Source of the DNA: a virus
IMG/VR virus record: IMGVR_UViG_3300021599_002733
Reading direction: 5' to 3' (one strand)
Length of the DNA: 64,000 nucleotides
Each line of letters begins with the position of its first letter. Positions within the stretch are counted from its first letter, which is position 1. The position numbers and the translations under genes were made by a program. This document shows, in pieces, positions 30,760-41,768 of this stretch. Under the pieces are notes generated by a model. It worked only from the letters and a program-made list of their open reading frames with translations. It did not search any database and was not told where the DNA came from.

Positions 30760-31917
30760 AACTTTCTATTATAGTGTCTTTATATGTTAGTGTGATTAGT
30801 TTGGTTGGTATTTTGAAAGGAGTGTTGTCCACATTTGTTGGCACCATCATATCAGCAAGTGGGCCATACTTTTCTTTCCATATAGGTAACGCTAATTGAT
30901 GTCTCTCTTCCAAACTCAACTCTCGTTCTTCAATCTTTAGTCCCCATGTTTCAGAGAACTCAGAATCTATTTTACAATTATTGATGAATTCTTCTTTTTT
31001 TAATGTCCATAAATCGCATCTACCTACAGTGTCATCATTTTGTTTAACATAATTTTCATACACCTCATTAATAATCTGATTGTATCTTTCTTTATTCATA
31101 ATTAATCTAGTCTAGTTAATTTATCGTGTATCTTAGAAATCATCTCAATTTTCTTACCCTGAATGAATTTAATATCACCCGTCTCATCATTTCTTACAAA
31201 AATACCAGCCTCAAGTCCTCGTTTCTTAAAACGTTCCTCTGAGTGAAGAAAATAAGTTTCTGTATTCAAAAAAGCGTCAATAATGACTTGACCGACTGAT
31301 TCCAATTCAATTTCCCCCAAAAAAGGGTCTTTGTGTTTTATTTTTTCGTTATTCATAATCTTTCTGTAAGGTCTTTTTTGTTTACTAACCAAGTATTAGG
31401 TTCTATTTCCCCATCAGTTGTTACAACTAAGTATCCATTACCTTTATCCTCAATACATCTCACAATCTTTCCATTTGGATGTAAATCAGTCCTATGACTT
31501 TCCGATAATCTCGTATAGTATTTTTTACCTATATCACTCATAACTTTCTATTGTTTCGTTGTTATATGTTAGTGTGATTAGTTTGGTTGATATGTTTTGT
31601 TCATCTAAAGATTCTTTTACCCTATCAGTACCTAAACTTTGCCAATTTACAAACTGAGTATGTTTATCATCCTCAATCAAATTGTATCTTTCTTCCAAAC
31701 TCAACTCTCGTTCTTCAATCTTCAGTCCCCACTTTTCAGAGAACTCAGTATCTTTTTTGATACAATGAATAAACATATCCTTAGGTAACGGTCTGTCACT
31801 AACTAACTCGTTTTCCAACCAATAATATTCATCTTCTACAACTGGTTGAGGTTTCCAATTTTTAAGATAATTCTCATAAGCCTCATCAATAATCTGATTG
31901 TATCTTTCTTTACTCAT
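30749..31917 (-). CDS. Paralog pair 30749-31099 and 31534-31917 bracketing two small ORFs
   Basis: Shared blocks KERYNQII.E.YENY, EFSE.WGLKIEERELSLEER and TKLITLTY....IESY. Confidence 0.7.
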
Positions 31918-31920
31918 AAC

Positions 31921-32145
31921 CTATATTTTTACAAAACGTGTGGTTGGAAAAATCCATTTATCTGTTCCTATAGTATCGTGCCACTCACTATACGGACGAG
32001 CATGAAATCCTCCAAATGAAAGTGAACGATAAATTACAAGTACTTCATTTGTGTCTGTATGATTACACATACAAACAATTTCGTATTGGCCACCTTTATA
32101 GTGTTTCCATTTTTCTCCGGGTTGGGGGTAGTGTATATTTACCAT
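31921..32145 (-). CDS. DUF1653-family protein
   Basis: KHYKGGQYEI...HTDT.E.LVIYRSL....ARP. Confidence 0.75.
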   Translation of the reverse strand: MVNIHYPQPGEKWKHYKGGQYEIVCMCNHTDTNEVLVIYRSLSFGGFHARPYSEWHDTIGTDKWIFPTTRFVKI

Positions 32146-32238
32146 ATTTTTTTCTTAAGTATGCTGCGTAACGATTTCGTTTGTTTGGGTTGGTAAACAA
32201 CCATCCCCAATTCATTTCAAACCATTTTACTATCCTTT

Positions 32239-32711
32239 TCATAACACAATTCCATTTGCCATTTGATATGCTGATAGGTCTGCTGGGCTTTTAGTGGTTT
32301 GGGATATTTCTTCGTGTTTACCATAGTACCACTCACTGTTGTAGTTTTTGCAAACGGTAACGTGCTCATATTTTACAACATCATCTAACCCACCTTCATA
32401 CCCTCTTATGTATACTTCTAGGTTTGGGTCTAGCTCGCTTAATTGCTCTATCAGTTCTGCTACTGTCATTTTATAACTCGTTTTTCTATTAAATTGATTA
32501 GTGCTTGTACTTCCTCAAATGAGGTAAAACGGATGTTTGGCCATGAATCAAAGAAATCCACATACCATTCCCCATCTTCTACTTCATCAGATGAACTTGA
32601 GATAAATCCAAACCCATCTGCTATCTGATATGAATAGTAGTGGTGGTCTCCTTCATAGTCACCATATTCTTCTCTTTCAAAACCAAGTAATTGTATTTGT
32701 TTTTCTGTCAT
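32239..32711 (-). CDS. Two hypothetical ORFs (32239-32469, 32466-32711)
   Basis: ORF track; promoter at 32729. Confidence 0.6.
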
Positions 32712-32754
32712 AACTTTTATTTTCCGATAATATACAAAACCTTTTTTATAGAGC

Positions 32755-33420
32755 CTATTCCCCTAAGAATTTTTTAGCATTTTCTTTTCCAATGGTTTGG
32801 ATTACTTGACGTAGGAATTCTTTTCTATCTGTGATTTTTCCATCCATGTATTGCTGAACTAGTGTTACAACTTCTTGTTCTTTGTCTCTGCCTAGCTTAA
32901 CTTTATAGTCTATAACATCAACTAAACTCATATAGTAGTACCCTTCAACTTTATTACTGCTTCGCATGATTTCTGGTGTAGAACGCACTTTAGTATCTGC
33001 ATATTCTCCCCCAGCTTTTGAAGGATCCCAATCAGTAAATACTTCAATAGAGCCGTCTGTGGTTGGTCTGTATATTCCTCCCTTTGCTAGTTCATCTTTC
33101 AAACCTGCTTTTATCCAAAGATTTTTGTCTGGGATTACTATATCTAGATCCCCTAATGTTCCTTTTAAGTTAAATACTTCTCTAAGTTCAGGGAACAAAT
33201 ATAGGCGAGCGGAACCAGCAATGAAATATTTTCCGGGTTGAGATGGGTCAATTCCAAATTTTTCAAATACAATTTTATCTGCTTCACCTAACAGTTTAGA
33301 TAGACCGGCATCAAGTACTTCATCTAGTTGAAGTTCTCCCTCCAACTCTTTCCATATTTCTTTCAAGATAACCTCTTTTACGTAAATTTCTGTTAAGTTC
33401 ATTTGTTTTGTTTTTCCCAT
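32755..33420 (-). CDS. Pol-beta-fold nucleotidyltransferase-like protein
   Basis: FIAGSARL...GDLDIVI...IEVF (hGS, DxD and a third acidic residue). Confidence 0.6.
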   Translation of the reverse strand: MGKTKQMNLTEIYVKEVILKEIWKELEGELQLDEVLDAGLSKLLGEADKIVFEKFGIDPSQPGKYFIAGSARLYLFPELREVFNLKGTLGDLDIVIPDKNLWIKAGLKDELAKGGIYRPTTDGSIEVFTDWDPSKAGGEYADTKVRSTPEIMRSSNKVEGYYYMSLVDVIDYKVKLGRDKEQEVVTLVQQYMDGKITDRKEFLRQVIQTIGKENAKKFLGE

Positions 33421-35422
33421 TCAAAATCCTCAAATACATGATATTCTGCTAGCTTATCCACTGCTTTTTTTCCATATTGTCCTTCAATATCAAGGATCTC
33501 AAATGAAAAAAACATTGAATATGGGCTAGGCCCTTTGAAAAACATCCACTTGTAAGCAGACCATTCTGCTGTTAAATGATAGTTTTCTTTTATGTATTCT
33601 AGAACTATTGAAATATTAGTATCACCATGTTCATTTATATAGTTCCTATCATAAATATTACAAAGTTTGCTTACTAATTTAAGAAATTTGTAAACTTGAA
33701 ATATTCTTGTAGCTATTGTTACTACTACTAAAATTGATAATATTATTAATGTTGTCATAACTTTTATTTTCTTTTAATATACGAAATTAACTTTCGGAAA
33801 CCACTTCCTCTGCCTCTTGGATAGTTTCACAAAACAGATAGTGTGTTTGGTCTCTCAAAACATGATCTGCTCCAATCCAATCACGATACATTTTAATATA
33901 TTCTATGTCTGGGGCTTGATCTAGTTTGGGGGTGAAATGTCCTTCCCATACTCGTTTTAAGATAAGATAAGCATTTCCCCCATGCATGTACAACTGTTTC
34001 ATGTTAGAATCTAGCTAGAGGGTCGGTTTGTTGGATACCTCCATCACGCTCACCTCGAGAGGTTAAAATTTGATCCGGTGGGACAACTCTAATTACTACT
34101 CCATTTGCTCTAAATGTTCCACCTTGTTTAAGGAGTTTTTTAAACATTGTTTCGTGTTTGGGTTCCCAAGATTTACTTGCCTCAAGTACAACTTGTTTTT
34201 CCACTATTGTACCATCAAATAGTATAATGGTTCCTTTTCTGATTGATTGTGGTGCTAGTGCCATAGTTAAAATATATCATTTAAATGTTCAGGGCAGTCA
34301 TCTACTATATTTCGTTTCCACCAAAGTTTAATCTTTTCTAGTAATTTTTTCATATATATACATTATTAGTGCTCCAATTATTGCAATTATGGAAAAACTC
34401 CATCCTATAGTGTTTAACATTTCAAACATAGTGTATCTCTAGTTTATGGCTAGTTCCATATTGTATGCTTCTAACTTGATTTGTATTGTATAGTGGTTTG
34501 GCTTCATCCCAATTGTCGCTAAAAACTGGGTAGCCACCTTTCAAACCAGAAAATACTTGAGCGTATTCGTTTAGTACGATAAATTCTGGTTCTTTAGGGT
34601 CGCGTAATTTTTTGTTTAAGATAGCCTTCATTTAGTCCTCGTCTGTGTACCATGTATCTACAATCTCTACAAACTTTGTATCATCTTCTTCATCTCTATA
34701 TTCAGGGAGCAAACCAGCATTTTCAATTAGATTCCAAACACGATCTTTCCATTTGTCAATGTGTAGCCCTTCAACCTCTACTACTCCAGCCATTGTACAC
34801 TCACCTAACAGGTTGATCAAATCCATTGATAGAGCATCAAACGCTTCAATGTCAAAACCATCTTTTTTACGGTTTTTGTACATTTGCTTAATTGTTTCAA
34901 AACGGTTTGAAATCGGAAATTTTGTTTTACTTTTCATAACTTTTATTTTTTTAAATTTATACTATAATATACGAATTCTTTTACCAAATTCAAATTCCTC
35001 TTTTAAATAGGCTTATAGTTGTAGATAGAAATTACTTTTCTATTAAAATTGTCTGGGTGGAGTTTCAAAAGTGTGTTTAATGATTCATCTTTGTTATCCT
35101 CTGTAACGTCAACTATGGTAGTATCTTGGGCAATCTCACCATACTCATCTTTTACTTTATAGAAAACTTCATATTGTCCAATAGCAAGGCCACCATCGCT
35201 TCTGAAATTGTCTTCTTTTACAACTCGGGTTAGTTGAGTGCGGTTTAACAATTTGATTTTACCTGTATCTGTTTTAACTTGTACTCCAACGTTTCCATTG
35301 TCATTTACTACTGTAAATCTTTGTCCTGCATGTAAAACTATTTCTCCGTTGTGGAATGTTTCCTCATTTAGCGCTTTTGATATTTCTTCTTTGATGAGTT
35401 TGCGTAATCCGTCTAATTTCAT
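33399..35422 (-). CDS. Hypothetical ORFs (33399-33758, 33787-34002, 34004-34264, micro-ORFs 34267-34353 and 34328-34420, 34422-34631, 34632-34937, 35003-35422)
   Basis: ORF track and own translation; 35003-35422 has a late motif and an LIKEEI..LNEE leader. Confidence 0.6.
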
Positions 35423-35439
35423 GTTTTTGTTTATAAATA

Positions 35440-35895
35440 TTATTTACTTTCTACTTCTTTGATATGTTTACATTTTCTATCCTTGGCTCTCCATACTCCA
35501 GGGCAATTACACTTTAGGGTACCATTTTTGTTTTCTGTAACAATATATGTTCCTCCTCCACTTGAGCTTTCAAATTTCCACTCTCGTTTTTCAACAGGTG
35601 TAACTATTTCTACTTTAGATTCTTTTTGAATTTGTTGTTCTGTTTGTATTTCCACTATATCCTCCAATGTGGTTTGTGGATGGCATTCTATACCTACTGG
35701 GTATATCATTGTTTTGTCGATGAATCGAATGATTGTTTTGGGGAGGATATTGTGTTTGGCTACTTTGTATTTAAAGCGCTTACAGCCCGAGTGCACAATA
35801 CCATCGCGTTGTGGATATATTTTAGCTTCTTCTGCGGTAACAATCGTTGTTTCTACGCGCCCGTCTTCAAATTCTAAATGTAGTTCAAATAACAT
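35440..35895 (-). CDS. SWIM zinc-finger protein
   Basis: SSSGGGTYIV...KCNCPG......CKHIK. Confidence 0.8.
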   Translation of the reverse strand: MLFELHLEFEDGRVETTIVTAEEAKIYPQRDGIVHSGCKRFKYKVAKHNILPKTIIRFIDKTMIYPVGIECHPQTTLEDIVEIQTEQQIQKESKVEIVTPVEKREWKFESSSGGGTYIVTENKNGTLKCNCPGVWRAKDRKCKHIKEVESK

Positions 35896-35950
35896 AACCT
35901 TTTTATTTGCTTGAATATACGAAAGAAGAATATAGAAGCCTATTCCCTTT

Positions 35951-37333
35951 TTAAGAGATTACTAGAGAGTACATTCCTGTTCCTCTTAAACGATAAGTAG
36001 TTCCTGTTACAGCTGGTGTTGGAGCAAAGGTAAAAGTAGAAGATCCAGGTTGCACTACAACAGAGGCAATATATGATGAGGTTATCAAGTTCATAGATTC
36101 GGATACACTATATGTTCCTTTAAAGTTTGTTGGAGCAGTCGCGTCATAGAAACCTTGATCATTTCTTACAGTCTCCATTGTGAAATAAGAGGAAGCGGAT
36201 GGGTTTGTAAAGGTAAATGTTTTTGTACCTGCTAGATTTTCTCCTATTGAGCCGGTTCCATATAACTGTTGGTAAGTGTAAGTTGCCATTAATCTCTAAA
36301 ATTGTTATAAAATATTGTGAATGATCCTTTAAATACCATCATACATATTAAAGCTATAATCCATCCACAAATAAGAGCAATAGCTCCAAATAGAAATAGG
36401 GTACGAATCATTTTAAATAAATGCCATCCTTCTGTAAAGCCAACTAGTAAAGTAGAGGATAAAAAGAAACGTTCACCTTGGTTTCTGTCTCCATTTTTCC
36501 ATTTGTTCCCTCCGGAAACAACAGGGTTCCAAAAGTTTGGGTTTGTATTTTTAAATATACTTTCCTCAAAACTGTGAGCTAAAGCATCCATTCCGGCTTC
36601 AGCTAAACCAGCTATAGTTAAAAACAATATAATCAAAAATACTCCAAGAAACATATCAAAAATATTTTTTGTTTAAAATATACCAAACCAAAGAACCAAT
36701 AAACCCTCCATAAGTAGCAACACCAGCTCCAATTCTAGGATACCAATCATCCAAATACCCACTGTCAAGCCATTCAGGGTAAAGAAAAATTCCAACATAT
36801 CCTAATCCAACTACGGGAATTAAATGAAATATATGTTTGAGGATTTTTGTCATTTTTTCTTCTTTTTTTCTTCTAGTTCATTTAAATATTTTATTGCCTT
36901 TACAATTTCAGCACATTTTTCATATAGTTCATGTGCTTCATATTTAGGTAAATTCGTTTCCAACACGTATACAAAATCTTGTCTATCCACGGTCACATCC
37001 AATATCATCTCTTCTTCCTCTAAAAAGACAGATAGAGCGGGGATATGGCGTTTTCTCCCTTTAAGGTTTTTCAAGATGGTTTCTACAAGAGCTTGGGCAA
37101 TTCGAATATCACCTTTCTCGACCATATTCTCAAATTCCTCACTGTTGTTAACTGAAAATTCTTCCATTTTTGTCATACTAAAATAATTTTAAAAACCCCG
37201 GGTCTATATCTTTTCCCTTTAGTTGTTGTAACTTCTCATCATTTTTCAAGATCTTGTCTGCTAAACGTTCCAAATGTTTGGATTTTTGTTTTTCATAGTC
37301 TTTAACGATCTTGTTATGTTTTTTGTTTTTCAT
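35951..37333 (-). CDS. Hypothetical ORFs (35951-36289 beta-rich; 36289-36654 and 36656-36853 membrane; 36850-37176; 37178-37333)
   Basis: ORF track and own translation. Confidence 0.6.
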
Positions 37334-37355
37334 TTCAATGATAAATATTGAAAAT

Positions 37356-38006
37356 CTACTTATAAGATACTAGTGAATATGGATCGTCACTATCATCTTT
37401 ATCTTGCAATCCAAGCTCGCGTAACATTTTCATTTGATAGTCATCTAGTTTCATTTTTTCCTCCTCTAATTTCATTGTAACTGAACCATGACCTTCAAGT
37501 TTTTTAATTTCATTTTCAGTAAATACTTGACCATAGAATAGGAAATAGCAATTATAGCAAAGGAGTTGAACATTGTTTAATCCGTAGTGTTTTGTGTTTC
37601 CATCTTTAAAATGCATTATGAGAGGCATCTTATAGTCAGTTACTCGCCTTTCTCTAAAATCACAGTTACTACAGCATTCCTCTATCAAACCAGCTTCAAC
37701 CATCCTATATTTTAGTTTTTCAGAGCTCCAATGCGAGGCATCTACTCTACCTTCAACAATATCTAGAATGGCTGGTTCTTTTTTATGGAAATTGGATTGT
37801 GTAATAAATTTTGGGATGCCTTTACCACTTTGGTTTTTGTGTATCTCAAACAAACTTAAACCCGTTTCCTCATCTGTGTAAAATTTCATCCAAGGTTTCA
37901 AATGCTGGTAGGAACAGTTCAGGTAGCGAGCTGCAGCCTTAACAGATTTTGTTTTTTCCATTGCACTCAAAATCTCAGGTTTGCTTAAGTCTCTTCTTTT
38001 AGGCAT
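37356..38006 (-). CDS. HTH plus degenerate HNH (Zn) domain protein
   Basis: SVKAAARYLNCSY HTH; CSNC...HFKDGN......NVQLLCYNC. Confidence 0.6.
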   Translation of the reverse strand: MPKRRDLSKPEILSAMEKTKSVKAAARYLNCSYQHLKPWMKFYTDEETGLSLFEIHKNQSGKGIPKFITQSNFHKKEPAILDIVEGRVDASHWSSEKLKYRMVEAGLIEECCSNCDFRERRVTDYKMPLIMHFKDGNTKHYGLNNVQLLCYNCYFLFYGQVFTENEIKKLEGHGSVTMKLEEEKMKLDDYQMKMLRELGLQDKDDSDDPYSLVSYK

Positions 38007-38284
38007 TATTCTTCGTCGGGGATATCGTTAATGTTGAGTTTGGATGGTTCTTCATCGTGTTCCTCTATTTTATCAAATCTTGCTTTTTGTTGAGATTTCA
38101 AATATTTTTCATATTGGTCATCCTCTAAAAACATCACTTCATTACATGTATGGTCTTTTTCTCCTAATGTAACAATAATTCCCTTTTTAGCTCCTGTTGT
38201 AGAACAATCAACACATGTTCTAGTTCCAGGTAGTGCTTTTAGGCGTAGTGGATTAATCTCATCTTGACAGTGGATACATTTCAT
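38006..38284 (-). CDS. DksA/TraR-type C4 zinc-finger protein
   Basis: CIHCQDEINPLRLKALPGTRTCVDC. Confidence 0.75.
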   Translation of the reverse strand: MKCIHCQDEINPLRLKALPGTRTCVDCSTTGAKKGIIVTLGEKDHTCNEVMFLEDDQYEKYLKSQQKARFDKIEEHDEEPSKLNINDIPDEE

Positions 38285-38289
38285 AACTT

Positions 38290-38835
38290 TTATTTTAATT
38301 TATTTAGGTAAGTGTATAATTGGTTTGTATTTGTTATAATGGTACCTTTTCCATTTTCATCTATCATATTGTATGCTTTCCCTTCCAATAATTTTCTTTC
38401 CCCACACCACCATAAAATGATTCCTCCTTTTAAAGGGCCATATGCTTTTACAATTAGGTTTTCTATTAGCTGGAAGTATGGGTCTTCATATCTTATCATA
38501 TCAACTCCCAAATCCAATAGGGCCTGTGAGCGATCATCCAATGTTGTAAGTGTATCAACCATAACCATAAAGAATTTTTTATCGCGTTTGGTAACGGATT
38601 TTTTATTTTCACTTACACTTACACCTTTCCCAGCAAATTCTTCTAGATTTTTGATATATATGTCCATAATCATGTTTTAGATTTCTTTGATTTCAAATAT
38701 TTGAAGGAATTCTTTTTGATCCAATTGTTTAATTTGAGATATTAAATGGATAGCTTCTTGGAGATTGCTTGCTTTTATTTTTCCTTGTGGTTCTCTTTTA
38801 GAATCAAATTTGCTATAATAAATATAAACTTTCAT
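38290..38835 (-). CDS. Two hypothetical ORFs (38290-38673, 38677-38835)
   Basis: ORF track and own translation. Confidence 0.6.
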
Positions 38836-38886
38836 AACTTTTAATTTTCTTCAATATACAAAAAATATTTTTAAAAGACAAGTCTT

Positions 38887-39642
38887 TTATATAAATTTTA
38901 AATTTGTTAAAGGATCATGTTTGATATGAGTTCCCCACTTATATTTAGCATACATATGACCGTTTTGCTCTGCTTGTTGTCTTTTTTCCCCATTTGTGGA
39001 GGCAGAGGCAAAATGATAGAAGTGGCAATTCCATGTTCGAATCATTTTAAGTCCACTCAATTGACATTTCAAAAAGAAATCCCAGTCAGCAACCATACCC
39101 ATCTGGTAGTTCTCATCCCATCCTCCTACTTTCAAGTAATCTATTTTAGACATAAAGATAGGTAAAGTAGAGCCACATTCCTCCACTTTACCACCAGAGG
39201 CGTAGTGGTATTCAAATAATCTAAATTTTTCCAAGTCAAATGTTTGTGGTTCTGTTCCAAGATCCTCTATGATGAATTGCTTGAACATTGAAGGGTAAGG
39301 CTCTATTTGATTAGGTGATATTACTGCTCCTTCTTGCCAATCATCCTCTAATGTTGTATCCCAAAAGCGAGGAAACACATTATCGTCATTCACTATTAAT
39401 ATTTTCTCGTGTTGAGCGTTGTATACACCCAAATTTGTTCCCCTACATAAGCCAACATTTTCCTCTAAATTTAGAATGTCTATATGTTCAGAATATTTTT
39501 CAAGTACTTCTTTGTTTATGTCATAAAAACCATCCACAACAACAATAATTTGGTTTTTGTTCTGTTGACCCTCAATTGCTGAACGTAAACACAAATCTAG
39601 CATTTCTGGTGATTTGTAAGTTGGTATAATTACAGATATCAT
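38887..39642 (-). CDS. GT2-family glycosyltransferase
   Basis: ISVIIPTY, VNDD, VGGWDE, DWDF. Confidence 0.9.
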   Translation of the reverse strand: MISVIIPTYKSPEMLDLCLRSAIEGQQNKNQIIVVVDGFYDINKEVLEKYSEHIDILNLEENVGLCRGTNLGVYNAQHEKILIVNDDNVFPRFWDTTLEDDWQEGAVISPNQIEPYPSMFKQFIIEDLGTEPQTFDLEKFRLFEYHYASGGKVEECGSTLPIFMSKIDYLKVGGWDENYQMGMVADWDFFLKCQLSGLKMIRTWNCHFYHFASASTNGEKRQQAEQNGHMYAKYKWGTHIKHDPLTNLKFI

Positions 39643-40331
39643 ATTTTACCCCAGTTTATGGTTGGTGAAAGCATATTCCCTTCTACGTGTGTTGAATATC
39701 CAGGAACACAAGATATTAAGTTGGATCCAATGCTCCAAAGGTGAGTAAATTTATCGTGGTCTTTTGTCCATTTTTCAACTAAATCGCAATATTGAACATG
39801 GATATCAAAATGTTGTTTTAACGTTTTAAATTTACAAGCATATGTGTTTGTGGTTGAGGGTGTTGTACGCCAATGAATTGTAGGGGTTGCTATGATTTTG
39901 GATTGTAGAGATTCATACATTGGGAGATAGTATTTGTCTGGGTGGTCATATAGGGTGTAGTAATCTGCTCCTATATATTCAAATCCTTCAAGTAAAATAT
40001 CTACCCATCCGGGTTTATGTAGGTAATCGTCTTCTAGAAAATATATAATATCTTCATCACTATAGTTTTGCTCTATAACATAGTTTAAAAGGTTTAAGAA
40101 TGATTGAGCATCGTTTCCTCCTTTTACAGATACTTTATTTACGTTTTTACCATTTAGAAAATGTTCTTCAATACTACCATTCCCCGAGTCATGGAATGCT
40201 GTATATTCTACTCTGTTATCTAGAGTTGAGATAAGCGAGTCAAATATTTTTTCCCTGTCAAACCAATCGGGGCGTGGTTTGTTGTGTGAGTTTGAGGAGA
40301 AATTACAGTGACGTTGAAATACTCGTATCAT
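39639..40331 (-). CDS. GT-A fold glycosyltransferase-like protein
   Basis: IYFLEDDYLH DxD-type motif; cluster context. Confidence 0.65.
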   Translation of the reverse strand: MIRVFQRHCNFSSNSHNKPRPDWFDREKIFDSLISTLDNRVEYTAFHDSGNGSIEEHFLNGKNVNKVSVKGGNDAQSFLNLLNYVIEQNYSDEDIIYFLEDDYLHKPGWVDILLEGFEYIGADYYTLYDHPDKYYLPMYESLQSKIIATPTIHWRTTPSTTNTYACKFKTLKQHFDIHVQYCDLVEKWTKDHDKFTHLWSIGSNLISCVPGYSTHVEGNMLSPTINWGKI

Positions 40332-41182
40332 AAATTAAAATATTTAAAAATTTTTTCAAAGGTTAATTTTACATCAGTTTGTTGTTGAGTTTCTAGATTT
40401 TGTAGGTGATCAATTAATAGATGCCTAGTTGAATTAGCATATTCTAAATCATCCATCCCATAAGCTATCCCATATTTAAAAGCAGGTTGTGTTTGAACGA
40501 TTGTTTCCTTTGAAACATCTTTATAAGGTACAATTATACTTTCACACCCACACTGAGCTGCTAAAACATTTAAATAAGTTTCAGTATCATAACTATAAAA
40601 TCTTTTACAAGTATTAAATAAATTTATTAAATTTTCATCAGAAGTGTTATATTGGATTTCTATTGAATTTGGGGGGTGAATTGGTTGGAGGGAATTTTTT
40701 TCGTTTGATTTTTTTCTGTAGGTAAAGCAAGCATCTATTTTTCGTTCTAGTCCGTAATCTTTAAAAGTATCTAGTTTAGGATCTATTATATGTAAGTAAT
40801 TTGGTTCCCTTAACCCATCATAAAAATGTTCATGGAAATACAACCAATAATCATTTTCACTCCAAGTAACAATATTGTTATCGTATTGTGGAAGGTGGTG
40901 GTGGTTTAAAATATATCTAACTATGTTTTCCCCCCCAAAAGGATTACCAGGTTCAATTTCGGGATATATTACTATATCAGTTTCTGGGTTTATAGAGTCT
41001 GCTATTTTAGTTGAGTAATTTTCATTTAAAATGAAGTAATCTATAGGACCGTTTAATTTTAAAGTAGGGTATAAACTAGCATCATATCCTAAATTATTCA
41101 ACATATGACACAGTTTATGAAGTACTATAACCCCACCAATGGAAGGGGAATATGAAGGTGCGGCTATTATTATTTTATTCAT
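40328..41182 (-). CDS. WavQ-like / GT-B glycosyltransferase-like protein
   Basis: GGVIVLHKLCH, IVIYPEI..GNP, FYSYD..T......AAQCGC. Confidence 0.55.
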   Translation of the reverse strand: MNKIIIAAPSYSPSIGGVIVLHKLCHMLNNLGYDASLYPTLKLNGPIDYFILNENYSTKIADSINPETDIVIYPEIEPGNPFGGENIVRYILNHHHLPQYDNNIVTWSENDYWLYFHEHFYDGLREPNYLHIIDPKLDTFKDYGLERKIDACFTYRKKSNEKNSLQPIHPPNSIEIQYNTSDENLINLFNTCKRFYSYDTETYLNVLAAQCGCESIIVPYKDVSKETIVQTQPAFKYGIAYGMDDLEYANSTRHLLIDHLQNLETQQQTDVKLTFEKIFKYFNL

Positions 41183-41183
41183 T

Positions 41184-41768
41184 TTATTTTTTAGCGGGAG
41201 TACCAACATAAACCCCAGATTCTACAATATCTTTTACTACTCCAGCATTTAAGCCAATAGTAGATAAATTATGTATAGATATTTTTTGTTTAATGGATGC
41301 ATTAGTTCCTATATAAACGCAATCATGTATTCTACAGTTACCTGATATTTTAGCTCCAGGAGCTGTAGTGAAATAGTCTCCTATTTCACAATCATGGCCT
41401 ATAGTGGTTTGAAGGTTCAGATGTGCATGATCTCCAACAACAATATTTGTTGTTAAAATACACCCAACACATACAATACTACCTTTTCCAATTTGTACAT
41501 CATTTCCCAAAATTTGAGCGGATTGATGTATAAAAGTAAAGTATTGAGTTTCTTTAGGTAAACGTTGAACCATATTAAACCTATCTTTAGGGTCACCAAT
41601 TGCAACTAAAGCTTCATGTCTTGTTGGATCAAATTCAGATAGAGGGAATATATGCTCACTATTTTCTTTCCAATACTGGTCATCTATAAAGCATTTCATG
41701 ATGGGATTTCCCATATGAGCCTTTATTTCTCTAGCAAACCCACCTGCTCCTATTAATACTTTTTCCAT
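41184..41768 (-). CDS. PglD/NeuD-type sugar acetyltransferase
   Basis: IGAGGFARE, AIGDP, hexapeptide repeats, TIGHDC, GTPAK. Confidence 0.9.
   Translation of the reverse strand: MEKVLIGAGGFAREIKAHMGNPIMKCFIDDQYWKENSEHIFPLSEFDPTRHEALVAIGDPKDRFNMVQRLPKETQYFTFIHQSAQILGNDVQIGKGSIVCVGCILTTNIVVGDHAHLNLQTTIGHDCEIGDYFTTAPGAKISGNCRIHDCVYIGTNASIKQKISIHNLSTIGLNAGVVKDIVESGVYVGTPAKK

Larger units (their letters stand above)
5201..35946 (-). promoter_or_regulatory. Dispersed family of about 44 early promoters, consensus GGA-N24-TATATT (usually ..TTCGTATATT), followed by A-rich AAAA(G/A)GTTATG starts
   Basis: On the plus strand, aatata + exactly 24 nt + tcc, checked by eye at e.g. 5201, 5831, 6321, 7262, 8316, 9565, 10401, 12421, 13803, 17360, 19505, 21562, 23506, 33776, 35914. 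Confidence 0.85.
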
